The notes under the pieces were generated by a model, which worked only from the letters and a program-made list of their open reading frames with translations, had not been told where the DNA came from and did not search any database. A stretch of 64,000 bases of DNA from IMG/VR virus record IMGVR_UViG_3300037245_003639. One strand, written 5' to 3'. The first letter of the stretch is position 1. Each line of letters starts with the position of its first letter. This document shows, one piece after another, positions 43,679 to 52,396 of this stretch. Made by a program: the position numbers and the translations under genes. Source of the stretch: a virus.

Positions 43679-45172
43679 CTAGTTCTCGGTATCCTCCAGA
43701 CCCGACGAAATAGCGTCCGCATCGGCTTCCACTTCGGCATCAGCGTCGGAAGTATCCTCCGCCGTATCCGTCAGGTCCGCAGCGGGAGCGTCCTCGACAA
43801 CGGGAGCGTCCGCAACAGGCAGGGTCTCGACAACGGGCTCGGGCTCGGTCTCGACCCTCTTAGTCGGCTGACGCTTCGGACGCTTCGCCTTGGGCTTGGG
43901 CTTGGGCTTCGCCTTGGGCTTCGCCTTGGGCTTCGCCTTGGGCTTCGCCTTGGGCTCGGGAGCCTCTTCCGTCTCTTCCACTTCGGCCCGCAACGCTTGA
44001 CGGGACTCGTGGGTAAGGGCGTCACCGCAGCGGAGACCGATGATGCAGGTAATCCGCTTGTCGCCACGGTCATCCCCGAAGGTCATCGCCATCGGCTGGT
44101 CGATAACCGCATTACGGAGACCAAAGCAGGCCAGGACGGTCGGGTTGTTGCGGGTCTGGACGCCCATATTGTAGAAAATGGCATCCTCAGCCGCTTCCTC
44201 ATCATCCCACGACTCCAGGAAGTAATCCCACGCCGACTTGCCGTCCTCATCGTGGGTTGCCTTGGCGTTCATGAGCTTCTTGACCGCCGCAACCAACGCA
44301 GCCTTGCTGACGCTGTTACCGACGATGGGTTCGGCCAGGGCCTTGAAAGTGATACCCTTCGTATTCTCACTCTCAACCGCCTTGGCGATTTGAGCGTAGG
44401 TCATTGCCTTGCCGCTACGCATGAGACGGCCAGCGGTCGCCAACTGGTTCGGCAGCATGACCACAGGCGTACCCTGGGTACGGTCGCCTGTCCACGGGAC
44501 GGTCGTAACGCTGTTGTTGACCTGAAAGACGATGTTGCGGATTTCGTCCTCACGGCCACGAAACGCCAGACGTTTCGCGCAGATCACGTTGGCGCCGTAG
44601 GTATTGCTACCCGTGGAACCGTGAAAAACGTCGATAGCGTGACTTTTGTCGTCGCCAATGACGTACTCGGATTTGCCCACTATCACGAGATGGCCTTCAC
44701 CCGTGACATTGCGACGAACATCCTTGAGAGCCTGCGCCCGTCCGAAAGTAATGCTGATGCCGTAGCCCGGTTTCCACGCCGGGAGATGGGAAGACCAGTT
44801 TTCGGGCTGTTCCTGATTGCGGCTGGCCTGTCCATTGCCAGCAAAAGTCATTCCCAGACTCTTGGCCGCAGCCAGCAAAACGGGCTGATGGACCGCCGGG
44901 ACAGCCGGGACGTGCTTCGCATCGCGACCCGCATACAGGGCCTTGTTCATGCTGTCGTCGCTGTAGGTCTCGGTTGTCTCATCCCACTCGCCCCACTTCG
45001 CCTCAATCTCCGCCACCGTGAACCGACCACCATTGACCTCAGCCACGGTCAACTTCTCGCCAGCGACCAGCTTGTGGGCCAGGGTTACGAGATGATCAGG
45101 CTTCACAGGCAGGAGGAGATTGCAGACAGGCGGGGCCGTCTTCGGTTTGCTCTTACTCTTGGCCATTTGCAA
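43679..45172 (-). CDS. hypothetical protein, 497 aa, with a C-terminal lysine-rich tandem repeat (PKAK)n, histone H1-like tail
   Basis: 12-bp DNA repeat gccttgggcttc at 43905-43950; promoter 45242-45270 (TTGACA-N17-TAAACT). Confidence 0.5.
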   Translation of the reverse strand: MQMAKSKSKPKTAPPVCNLLLPVKPDHLVTLAHKLVAGEKLTVAEVNGGRFTVAEIEAKWGEWDETTETYSDDSMNKALYAGRDAKHVPAVPAVHQPVLLAAAKSLGMTFAGNGQASRNQEQPENWSSHLPAWKPGYGISITFGRAQALKDVRRNVTGEGHLVIVGKSEYVIGDDKSHAIDVFHGSTGSNTYGANVICAKRLAFRGREDEIRNIVFQVNNSVTTVPWTGDRTQGTPVVMLPNQLATAGRLMRSGKAMTYAQIAKAVESENTKGITFKALAEPIVGNSVSKAALVAAVKKLMNAKATHDEDGKSAWDYFLESWDDEEAAEDAIFYNMGVQTRNNPTVLACFGLRNAVIDQPMAMTFGDDRGDKRITCIIGLRCGDALTHESRQALRAEVEETEEAPEPKAKPKAKPKAKPKAKPKPKPKAKRPKRQPTKRVETEPEPVVETLPVADAPVVEDAPAADLTDTAEDTSDADAEVEADADAISSGLEDTEN

Positions 45173-45286
45173 TTTCTCCAGTTACCAGTGATTCGTGAAG
45201 GTTGCCAGCAACATGCTTTCAACCGTTTATCCGATAGAAGTAGTTTACTCGATGGGTTCAGGATTGTCAAGCACTCTTTTGGAATT

Positions 45287-45517
45287 TTATTCGTTCCGTT
45301 TGGCAATCACCATAACCTCATCCAAAGTGAGATGTAGGTTTTTGGCGACGAGCGCGATAATCTCATCCTGCGACAACTCAGGGTCGGCGGCAATGCCTCT
45401 GTAGTAAAGGTCATGGTCGGCAGGAAAAGTCTCCGCCGGTGAAAACCAGATGTGATACGATGTGCCCAGTACCACTATCACGACGAATGAAATCAAAGTC
45501 CAAAGCGTCTTCCTGAG
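45287..45517 (-). CDS. membrane-anchored protein, about 77 aa
   Basis: Promoter 45546-45574 is a near-duplicate of the one at 45242-45270; SD GGTGGAG. Confidence 0.4.
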   Translation of the reverse strand, partial: LRKTLWTLISFVVIVVLGTSYHIWFSPAETFPADHDLYYRGIAADPELSQDEIIALVAKNLHLTLDEVMVIAKRNE

Positions 45518-46055
45518 CATGATCAAACTCCACCAAATCCAGCCCCCGATTCTCATAGGTTACTCAGTGGGTTCAGGATTGTCAAGCACCACTTTGGAAT
45601 TTTCTGGAATTTCTCGTGCAGGCTCACAGGGATGCCGATAGGTCTGGCCATCACAATGAACCCACTCCCCATCCCCCGCGGTAATAGCCCCACCACAATT
45701 CTGGCAGACGTAATTGCCATTACAGTATTTCAACTCTAAAAGATCGCCCAAATTACATTTGGTCCAATCCATTATGATTCTCCCTGGTTATCGCTCATGT
45801 GCAGCATCCTGTCCCAAAGCCATTCTGCATCGAAGAATTTTAGGAGCCAAGTCGCGTAGATCACTCTCAGCTACAAGAACGATGTCTTGACTCACTCCAG
45901 ATGGGGATTGACGGAGACGACGACGATGAATAGCCCGATTTTGAGCATTGAAATTCCAGCGAACCATTAGCTCAGAAAGACGCTGTTGGATTAGCTGTCT
46001 GCAATTCATGTGGTAATCTCCATGTGCAGCATCCTATCGAACCCCCGAGAGATTG

Positions 46056-46997
46056 TCAAGCAAAAACTGGGTGATGCACGGCCAAATGTTTTTGACCATT
46101 CGGAGTTATCATCCGTCCCCGTGATGTCCTGTCTATCATCCCCAGACTCAACAAAATCGGTTCCACGGTCTCTTCAATCACTTCAACCTGTTGACCCAGC
46201 CGACCAGCAATTCCACCCACACCACGGGGACCAGGAGTATCAGCCAATATCCTAAGATACTCAACATGCAACTCTTCAAGACCAATCGGGTCTATTCCTT
46301 CCAACCTAATGGCCAACTGACAATGAACCAACGTCAATTCAGAAGCATGGGAAGCCAAAAAGACATTGCGAACTTTCTCGGCCAACCTTTTAGCTTGCCG
46401 AGGAATTCCTAAACAACGTTTGGCTATGTACTCCAGGTGTGGATAATTCGTGTCAACGCCTTGAGATTCAAAATACTTGTGAAGGATGGTTATCAGGTCG
46501 TTGACTGAATACCTGCCCACTCGCCAGATGTTACCGAACCGTTTTACAAACGATGCCTGATCCAATTCGTCTCGTCGAGTAGTGGCAGCCATCAAAGTAT
46601 ACGGAGCCAAACCAATGGTTTTAGTTGGCAACAATATCCGAGGACTCTCTCGATCCATAGGATAATAGAAGACTTCTTGTTGTGGCTCGGAAAGTCTTTG
46701 AACTTCATCGATGAAGAGCAGCAAAGGTTTGCCTGCTTGAATAGCAGCTTCGTTAGCAGAAAGTAAGCGTTGAATGATTTGGTCCCGCGTCTTCAGTGCA
46801 GCAGCTTCAGTTACAATCGAGTAGTAACCGAGTTCTTCTGCAATGGCTAACGCAAGCGCAGTCTTACCAGTGCCACCAACCCCTTCGAGCAGAGTATGTG
46901 GGAAGACTTCACCTGTCTGACGACAGGCCTCGATATCGATATGGGCGCGAGCTTTCTCACGCCGCAAACCGATCAGTTTATCTAAACCTTTTGTCAT
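46056..46997 (-). CDS. ruvB: RuvB-like AAA+ ATPase (Holliday-junction branch-migration motor family)
   Basis: LLEGVGGTGKTALA, LLFIDEVQRLSEPQQEVFYYPMD, TLMAATTRRDEL, GIPRQAKRLAEKVRN, RTSRGRMIT parallel E. coli RuvB blocks. Confidence 0.8.
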   Translation of the reverse strand: MTKGLDKLIGLRREKARAHIDIEACRQTGEVFPHTLLEGVGGTGKTALALAIAEELGYYSIVTEAAALKTRDQIIQRLLSANEAAIQAGKPLLLFIDEVQRLSEPQQEVFYYPMDRESPRILLPTKTIGLAPYTLMAATTRRDELDQASFVKRFGNIWRVGRYSVNDLITILHKYFESQGVDTNYPHLEYIAKRCLGIPRQAKRLAEKVRNVFLASHASELTLVHCQLAIRLEGIDPIGLEELHVEYLRILADTPGPRGVGGIAGRLGQQVEVIEETVEPILLSLGMIDRTSRGRMITPNGQKHLAVHHPVFA

Positions 46998-47001
46998 ATT
47001 G

Positions 47002-47427
47002 TTAGGGCAAGTCCCCGACGCTCTCCAGAATGCTAGTTGGGTCGCCCTCTACTTGCCAGTACAGCGTGTCAGTGGTCAGGTCTACCCCAATTAGAGAATA
47101 GACGATATCACGCAGAACCACTGTACCCGTAAGTCGCATACTCAAATGTTCATCGAACGCTTCAATGTCCCACATCATCACTTCACCTAACGTGATAGCA
47201 ATAACGCCCTCCACATGACCGACGAACCCAGGCTCACTGTAATCAGCCGCAGGGTCAGCATTGTCTTTCGCCTGTTTACGAATCGTCTCGATGGACAGCG
47301 GTTCCTTTAGACAAACGGCCAGAAGATTCAACGTATGTTGAGCGCACCCCAGGACCGTGTCGTCGATTTCACCATCTCTACCCATAGCGTGGGAATACTG
47401 TTCTGCAAAGGTTTTCATGGCTCCCAT
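47002..47427 (-). CDS. hypothetical protein, 141 aa
   Basis: ORF. Confidence 0.45.
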   Translation of the reverse strand: MGAMKTFAEQYSHAMGRDGEIDDTVLGCAQHTLNLLAVCLKEPLSIETIRKQAKDNADPAADYSEPGFVGHVEGVIAITLGEVMMWDIEAFDEHLSMRLTGTVVLRDIVYSLIGVDLTTDTLYWQVEGDPTSILESVGDLP

Positions 47428-47876
47428 TTTATTCCTCCAGGTCGAAATAGCGGGTCATGTTATTTTCCTCACCATGTTTGGTACCTTGGGGTTTTTAAAG
47501 ACTTTGATGCACTGTTTTAGAACGGCAGGGTCAATTTGAAACTCTCTCCTCGACCCGAAGTCCATCTGAAAGTCAACGCCATCCAGTTTCTTCTCAAAGA
47601 TGAACTCGTCATACCCAGTCGGGAGAGTCGGCTCAGGCAGGGGGTCGAAACCCATCGCCATTCGCAACGCATTGTCTGACCGCAGTTTTAGTCGAGCAGC
47701 TTCTTGCTCAACAGTCAACCCCGAAAATCCACTCAAACCCGTAGTGACTGGACGAGACGGGGCAGACCCACTTTTCGCGGGAACAATTTGAAGCCGCTCA
47801 GCCAGCAGTGTGTCTCGACGTATATTCACCCGTTGGCAAAGACCATTCCAGGCCATGAGCTTCGAGTTGTCCATCA

Positions 47877-48371
47877 CTACTCTGGCCCCCATCCACAACC
47901 TTGACAGAAGACGCTTGTTGCCCCTTGAATCAAACTGCAAGAGCAATTAGGGCAGCCATCCCCCTGTTGCGGCGGATGCTTACCACCGCATACCGACAGC
48001 GGCTTGCCACATTCACAGTCGCAAGAACACGGAGATTCATAGCAGGTTGAGCATAACGGATCCCAACCCAGAACCTTATGAACTTTGTTCATCATCTCAA
48101 TCGGGAGCGTCCCAACGTCCGTACAGCCCTCGATCTCAAAGTCGTTGGCCAAGTCGATCAGCAGCTTGGATGTTTCGTCCACGGTCACATTGAGCACCTC
48201 AATGCCGACCTGATCATCAAGGTCATGGACAAACCCCTCACTTTCCCCATACTTCATAGCATGAAGAATCGCTGCCTGCACCGCTCGTTGAAGTTGCTTA
48301 TCGGGAATCGAGCCCGAACCATCAGGATCGATTAGCGACGTGCGTAATGTGACGTTGATTTGAATGTCCAT
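47877..48371 (-). CDS. hypothetical protein with a C-terminal Cys-rich cluster
   Basis: ORF. Confidence 0.4.
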   Translation of the reverse strand: MDIQINVTLRTSLIDPDGSGSIPDKQLQRAVQAAILHAMKYGESEGFVHDLDDQVGIEVLNVTVDETSKLLIDLANDFEIEGCTDVGTLPIEMMNKVHKVLGWDPLCSTCYESPCSCDCECGKPLSVCGGKHPPQQGDGCPNCSCSLIQGATSVFCQGCGWGPE

Positions 48372-48428
48372 GTTGTTTCTCCAGTTGGATGAAGTATACC
48401 CTATCCAGCAGAGTTTGTCAAGGGCAAT

Positions 48429-48839
48429 CTAATGTTCTTCGATTGCTACATCGGCCACGCAAACTACCGTCGTTTCTGCATGGTCATGCTCAAACCCACT
48501 GTTCTCTGCAAATTTGAGAGCCCTATTCACCGCCTGTTGAGCAGCCGACTCAGACGCTTCCTTAGTCAACGCTCCATCAGAATCCACCTGCAATGTCACT
48601 CTGATTACAACTTCACAGACAGTTCCATCCTTCTTCGGCGGAATGGAGCATCGCCCATCTTTTACCACCACGCGAATTTGGAGTTCTCGTAATCGATCAT
48701 TGAACTCGCGCGAGGTACTGTCCGCATGGAAGTTCGCCTCAGTCATAAATTGAATGAACCTAACGAATGCTTTTTCCCTGATTCCATATTCCAACATCGC
48801 CTGAACGAAAGCCAGCAATCTTTTTTGTTCTTCTGTCAT
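48429..48839 (-). CDS. hypothetical protein, 136 aa
   Basis: ATGA overlap with the upstream small ORF. Confidence 0.45.
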   Translation of the reverse strand: MTEEQKRLLAFVQAMLEYGIREKAFVRFIQFMTEANFHADSTSREFNDRLRELQIRVVVKDGRCSIPPKKDGTVCEVVIRVTLQVDSDGALTKEASESAAQQAVNRALKFAENSGFEHDHAETTVVCVADVAIEEH

Positions 48840-49330
48840 AGTCTAGGTCTCCGCATCCCTTTTGGACGCTTCTTGGGTTGTGGCTTGGAAGGTCTTGAAG
48901 CAGGAGGCCGACCAGACCCACTTGAGATCAGTGTCTTGGGACGCCCCCGTTTGAGCTTCGTGGTGGATTTCCTGGCCTTTGCCGACATGCAACCCTGGAG
49001 TCTAAGATGAGCCCCAGGCCAACAGGACTGACAGTCTTTGCATTCAAACCAATCAGGACAGGTTGGCATCTCTTTGATGCTGCGTTGGCAATCAGGACAG
49101 GTAGGCATCCTACTTTCCTAGACGGAAGCAGAACCAACGATGAGCGGCCTTGTCCGGTGAACGTTGCTGAGCAGCAAAATGCGTTGTCTCTTGACCTCGG
49201 AAATTCGGCCCTTCCCCGTCTGCTACTGCAAGCAATTCGCGAGCCAAGCGGCGAGCTTCGTCACGATTGACGTGGATTCGCTCCATAACCGAACCATGCT
49301 CACTTGAGATTTTTTCAGTAGTAACCTTCA

Positions 49331-49504
49331 TCAGAAGCCCTCCAAAAGTAACGCTCGAATCTTGGCAACTCGACGTTCTTTACGATGCGTAAGGGTCTTC
49401 GTGAAACGCCCCGGCGTCTCTCCATGACGATGAAGCCGAGATGACCAATACTCTCGGTCTCTCGGAGCCTCACGAGACTTGCTACCTGTATGTCGTCGTT
49501 GCAT
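49331..49504 (-). CDS. 57-aa basic protein; leaderless (ATG 6 nt after the -10)
   Basis: Promoter 49511-49539 (TTGACA-N17-TATAGT). Confidence 0.4.
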   Translation of the reverse strand: MQRRHTGSKSREAPRDREYWSSRLHRHGETPGRFTKTLTHRKERRVAKIRALLLEGF

Positions 49505-49737
49505 GATTGAACTATAACGTGACCTTGACAGATTGTCAAGCGTACTTGGTGAGAAACTTGGTGATCCGTGGGTAATACTCACAGGCCGTCACGATCAACA
49601 TGCTGGCCACAGCGTATCGCCAATTCTCTACGTTAGGAGCAACCAGCGATAGGCCATAGGAGATAGCCCCACAGGCAACTATCCAACAGATAAGGTCAAG
49701 AAGGCGAATCACAACTTTGTTCATGTCGTATCCTCAA

Positions 49738-50244
49738 TTAACCTTGCGAAACAGATTGCCGTATCAACTGGTACATATGAACCTTCATGTCCGCCACAGA
49801 CATAAATTCTGTGACAGGTTCGTTCCCCTCTCCAGAATCTAATTGAAGTTGCCAACGCTCAGGACCATTTTGGACCAACGAGTACCGTTGGTTAGTTTGA
49901 GCCGTCAACCGGCCAAGCAAATCAAAAGGATGTTCGTGAGACAACATTCCATTCACGGCCAGCCAGTCAAACAACTCCCCTTCACTCGTGATGAAGTCCC
50001 CGCCGGGGTGATTGGTCTCTCTGCTGTCATGGCAGAGCGTGAATCCACAGCCCTTGCAACGAAACGAATAAATCCCGTCACAGTCGTCCGTCGAATGGTC
50101 CGTCTCACCATAGTTACAGGCAAACGCATCTCCACCCTGAGATTCGAGCGATTCAACCACCGTGGACTGTACCACGTCAGTTAAGACTTCCTCAAGAACC
50201 GTCTCCCCGCATTGCGGGCATTTGAAGTTGAGATCGACTCTCAT
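49738..50244 (-). CDS. hypothetical Cys-rich protein, 168 aa
   Basis: ORF. Confidence 0.45.
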   Translation of the reverse strand: MRVDLNFKCPQCGETVLEEVLTDVVQSTVVESLESQGGDAFACNYGETDHSTDDCDGIYSFRCKGCGFTLCHDSRETNHPGGDFITSEGELFDWLAVNGMLSHEHPFDLLGRLTAQTNQRYSLVQNGPERWQLQLDSGEGNEPVTEFMSVADMKVHMYQLIRQSVSQG

Positions 50245-50891
50245 CCGTTATCCCCAATGAAATTGGACGTAATCGCATTCGCCGTATCATCAGGATAAAA
50301 GTGCATCTGAGCCAACGAAACCTCACCCGGTAATTCATGCCGCAAATGAGCCCACAGCTTCCTACTCAATGACATACGCCGCCCTTCGCTGTTGTCAAAG
50401 ATTGTATAGTAGTCAGATGCAGGAGCGACCGACGCTGCCAATTCCTCATCACAACGCTCATGCGCCCAGTAAACAAACTCCACTTTGCCCCCTGGGAGGT
50501 CATACTCCGTCGTGAACTCATGCTTCATCTCGAAAAACGGCTTCCCCTGTGAGACAGCAGCGGGCTTCGAGACCGCCACCTGGATAGCCATCCACAGGAA
50601 CAACATCATAGCCACATACGCCATAACCCGCCAAAAACCCATGCGACAGAAGTTGATGTTCGGATGGTCCTGAGTATTGAAGTCACCACTCGATACCTTC
50701 GCAATACCCACGGCCTCATTCACCCCAGACCGCCACATGGCAAAGATACCCGCAAGCATTGGAAGGATGACAAATACCCACGTAGGAATCACGATGCTGA
50801 ATGACGGAAAACTCAAAATCAAAGCGTTCATTTCGGCTCCTCTTGCCAGTAGACAATCCAGTTTGACGCCCCTAGTTGAGAACAGGGGCAA
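50241..50891 (-). CDS. membrane protein, 216 aa
   Basis: ORF; N-terminal TM region resembles gene 27987-28235. Confidence 0.45.
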   Translation of the reverse strand: MPLFSTRGVKLDCLLARGAEMNALILSFPSFSIVIPTWVFVILPMLAGIFAMWRSGVNEAVGIAKVSSGDFNTQDHPNINFCRMGFWRVMAYVAMMLFLWMAIQVAVSKPAAVSQGKPFFEMKHEFTTEYDLPGGKVEFVYWAHERCDEELAASVAPASDYYTIFDNSEGRRMSLSRKLWAHLRHELPGEVSLAQMHFYPDDTANAITSNFIGDNG

Positions 50892-51168
50892 CAGTCAAGG
50901 TGTCCCAGTACCATCCCGACTCATCAGGCCCGTGAGCATCGTCATCGTAGGCAAGGTCATCAATGACCAAAGCCGTGCCATCACCCAGGGGTATAACGAC
51001 GTGTCGGTCATTGCCCTCACGATCTTTCAATCTTTGTATGGTTGTTTCGTCGAGACTGTCCAAGAACTTCTCAACCAGTGTATCCCGTTGAGACGAGTGG
51101 GTCTCTACGTCGATCTGTGCTTCGTTGAGTTGAACTTCTGTGTCGCTTAGTTGAGCTATGATATTCAC
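50872..51168 (-). CDS. hypothetical acidic protein, 98 aa (GTG start)
   Basis: SD GGGAG; promoter TTGACA-N17-TAGGAT at about 51200-51240. Confidence 0.4.
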   Translation of the reverse strand: MNIIAQLSDTEVQLNEAQIDVETHSSQRDTLVEKFLDSLDETTIQRLKDREGNDRHVVIPLGDGTALVIDDLAYDDDAHGPDESGWYWDTLTVAPVLN

Positions 51169-51336
51169 GTCAAACTCCCAAAACCAAGGTTTCCATGTCC
51201 GAATCGAATCCTACCACTCAACGTCCAGATTGTCAAGGCTATTTACGTGGTTCAGAATTTCCCAGTTAAAAGGAATATATTAACACGCACGCATGAAGCC
51301 GCTGTTGGAAATGGAGGCTCCGCCGCGCTGAAGAGC

Positions 51337-51381
51337 CACTTGAGATCAGTGCGCTGAAATGGAAGACACTGATCTCAAGTG
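51337..51381. repeat. inverted pair of the 15-bp element with a 15-bp spacer (F 51337-51351, R 51367-51381)
   Basis: Read directly. Confidence 0.8.
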
Positions 51382-51480
51382 ATGTGTGCTAAGCCGGCGC
51401 TAGATCATCCGCGATCGCGAATCCAGAAGATTTTGATTAACGAATTGTCCGAAATGGGAAATAAAGGAGCTGTCCTTCCC

Positions 51481-51536
51481 CACTTGAGATCAGTGTCCTG
51501 TTTATCAGACCTTGAAACTTACACTGATCTCAAGTG
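51481..51536. repeat. inverted pair of the 15-bp element with a 26-bp spacer (F 51481-51495, R 51522-51536)
   Basis: Read directly. Confidence 0.8.
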
Positions 51537-51860
51537 AGCGTGTGCCAGGGTATTTCATACCGCATATTATCTCAATCGGAATGGGGGGAACAAAAAGTGG
51601 AAACAAAGCGCGGACCCAGGACATCCCCCAATGTCCCGAGTCTCTTCTTTCCCCAGGAGAACACCTGAGCCTACACAGCTTTCAATTCTATGGGCCAAAA
51701 TGCAAGTCAATTTTCATCCACTTTCTCCTATTATACAAGGAATGTGTGTCCAATTATCAGAAGATTATATATGCACACTACTTCATATCCCAGTTCATTT
51801 CAATAAGAACTATTTTAAGAAGTTCAATTAGGACAATAGAAAAGTTGCGAGCCGCATCGA

Positions 51861-52060
51861 TGGAATCTTTGTTCTTTGGGGTTTGATTGTTGTGTTCTAA
51901 TGGAATCTTTGTTCTTTGGGGTTTGATTGTTGTGTTCTAATAGAATCTTTTTATTGATGGTAGAATCTTTGTTTTTTGGGGTTTGATTGTTGTGTTCTAA
52001 TAGAATCTTTTTATTGATGTTTATTGATGGTAGAATCTTTCTGTTGATATTGTGTTCTAG
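51861..52060. repeat. 40-bp tandem repeat T(G/A)GAATCTTTGTTYTTTGGGGTTTGATTGTTGTGTTCTAA (3 full units plus a degenerate one) interleaved with AT-rich 20-mers
   Basis: Units at 51861, 51901, 51961 and about 52031. Confidence 0.85.
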
Positions 52061-52093
52061 TTTTTCAAACCCAAAAATCTAATGTTTGAAATC

Positions 52094-52152
52094 TATTTCG
52101 TGTTGGGTTTCATGTTCCTGGGAATTTCGTGTTGGGTTGAATTTCGTGCTGG
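52094..52152. repeat. three AATTTCGTG(T/C)TGG iterons
   Basis: Copies at 52094, 52123 and 52140. Confidence 0.7.
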
Positions 52153-52252
52153 TTGAGCTACTGTGTTATTCTGTGGTTCAAAATGGGTCTCAGTGGGTGC
52201 ATTTCCCTGTTATTCCCTGGTAGACCCAATAAATGGTCTGCATTTCATAAAG

Positions 52253-52396
52253 TTATTCGGTGCAGCCCCTTCAATTCAGTGCATTCCTGTAGCCAAATTC
52301 CAATTCGGTGCAAGGTTAATGGTATTCTGTGTCTATTTGAATTCGGTGCAAGGCTATTCGGTGCAAGAATAGAGCGTGATTGAATTCGGTGCAAGG
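52253..52396. repeat. six direct copies of (G/C)AATTCGGTGCAAGG-like iterons
   Basis: Copies at 52253, 52272, 52299, 52338, 52354 and 52382. Confidence 0.75.

Noticed and set aside
43661-45337. 558-aa plus-strand ORF
   Set aside because: It is antisense to the KAKP-repeat gene, it is low-complexity (RLGLGLGL), and it has no promoter or SD. It is a mirror-frame artefact of a GC-rich repeat-containing gene.
29679-51536. CRISPR array interpretation of the repeated 15-mers
   Set aside because: The paired copies are inverted, not direct. Spacing is irregular, from 15 to several thousand bp. There is no leader and no cas genes.
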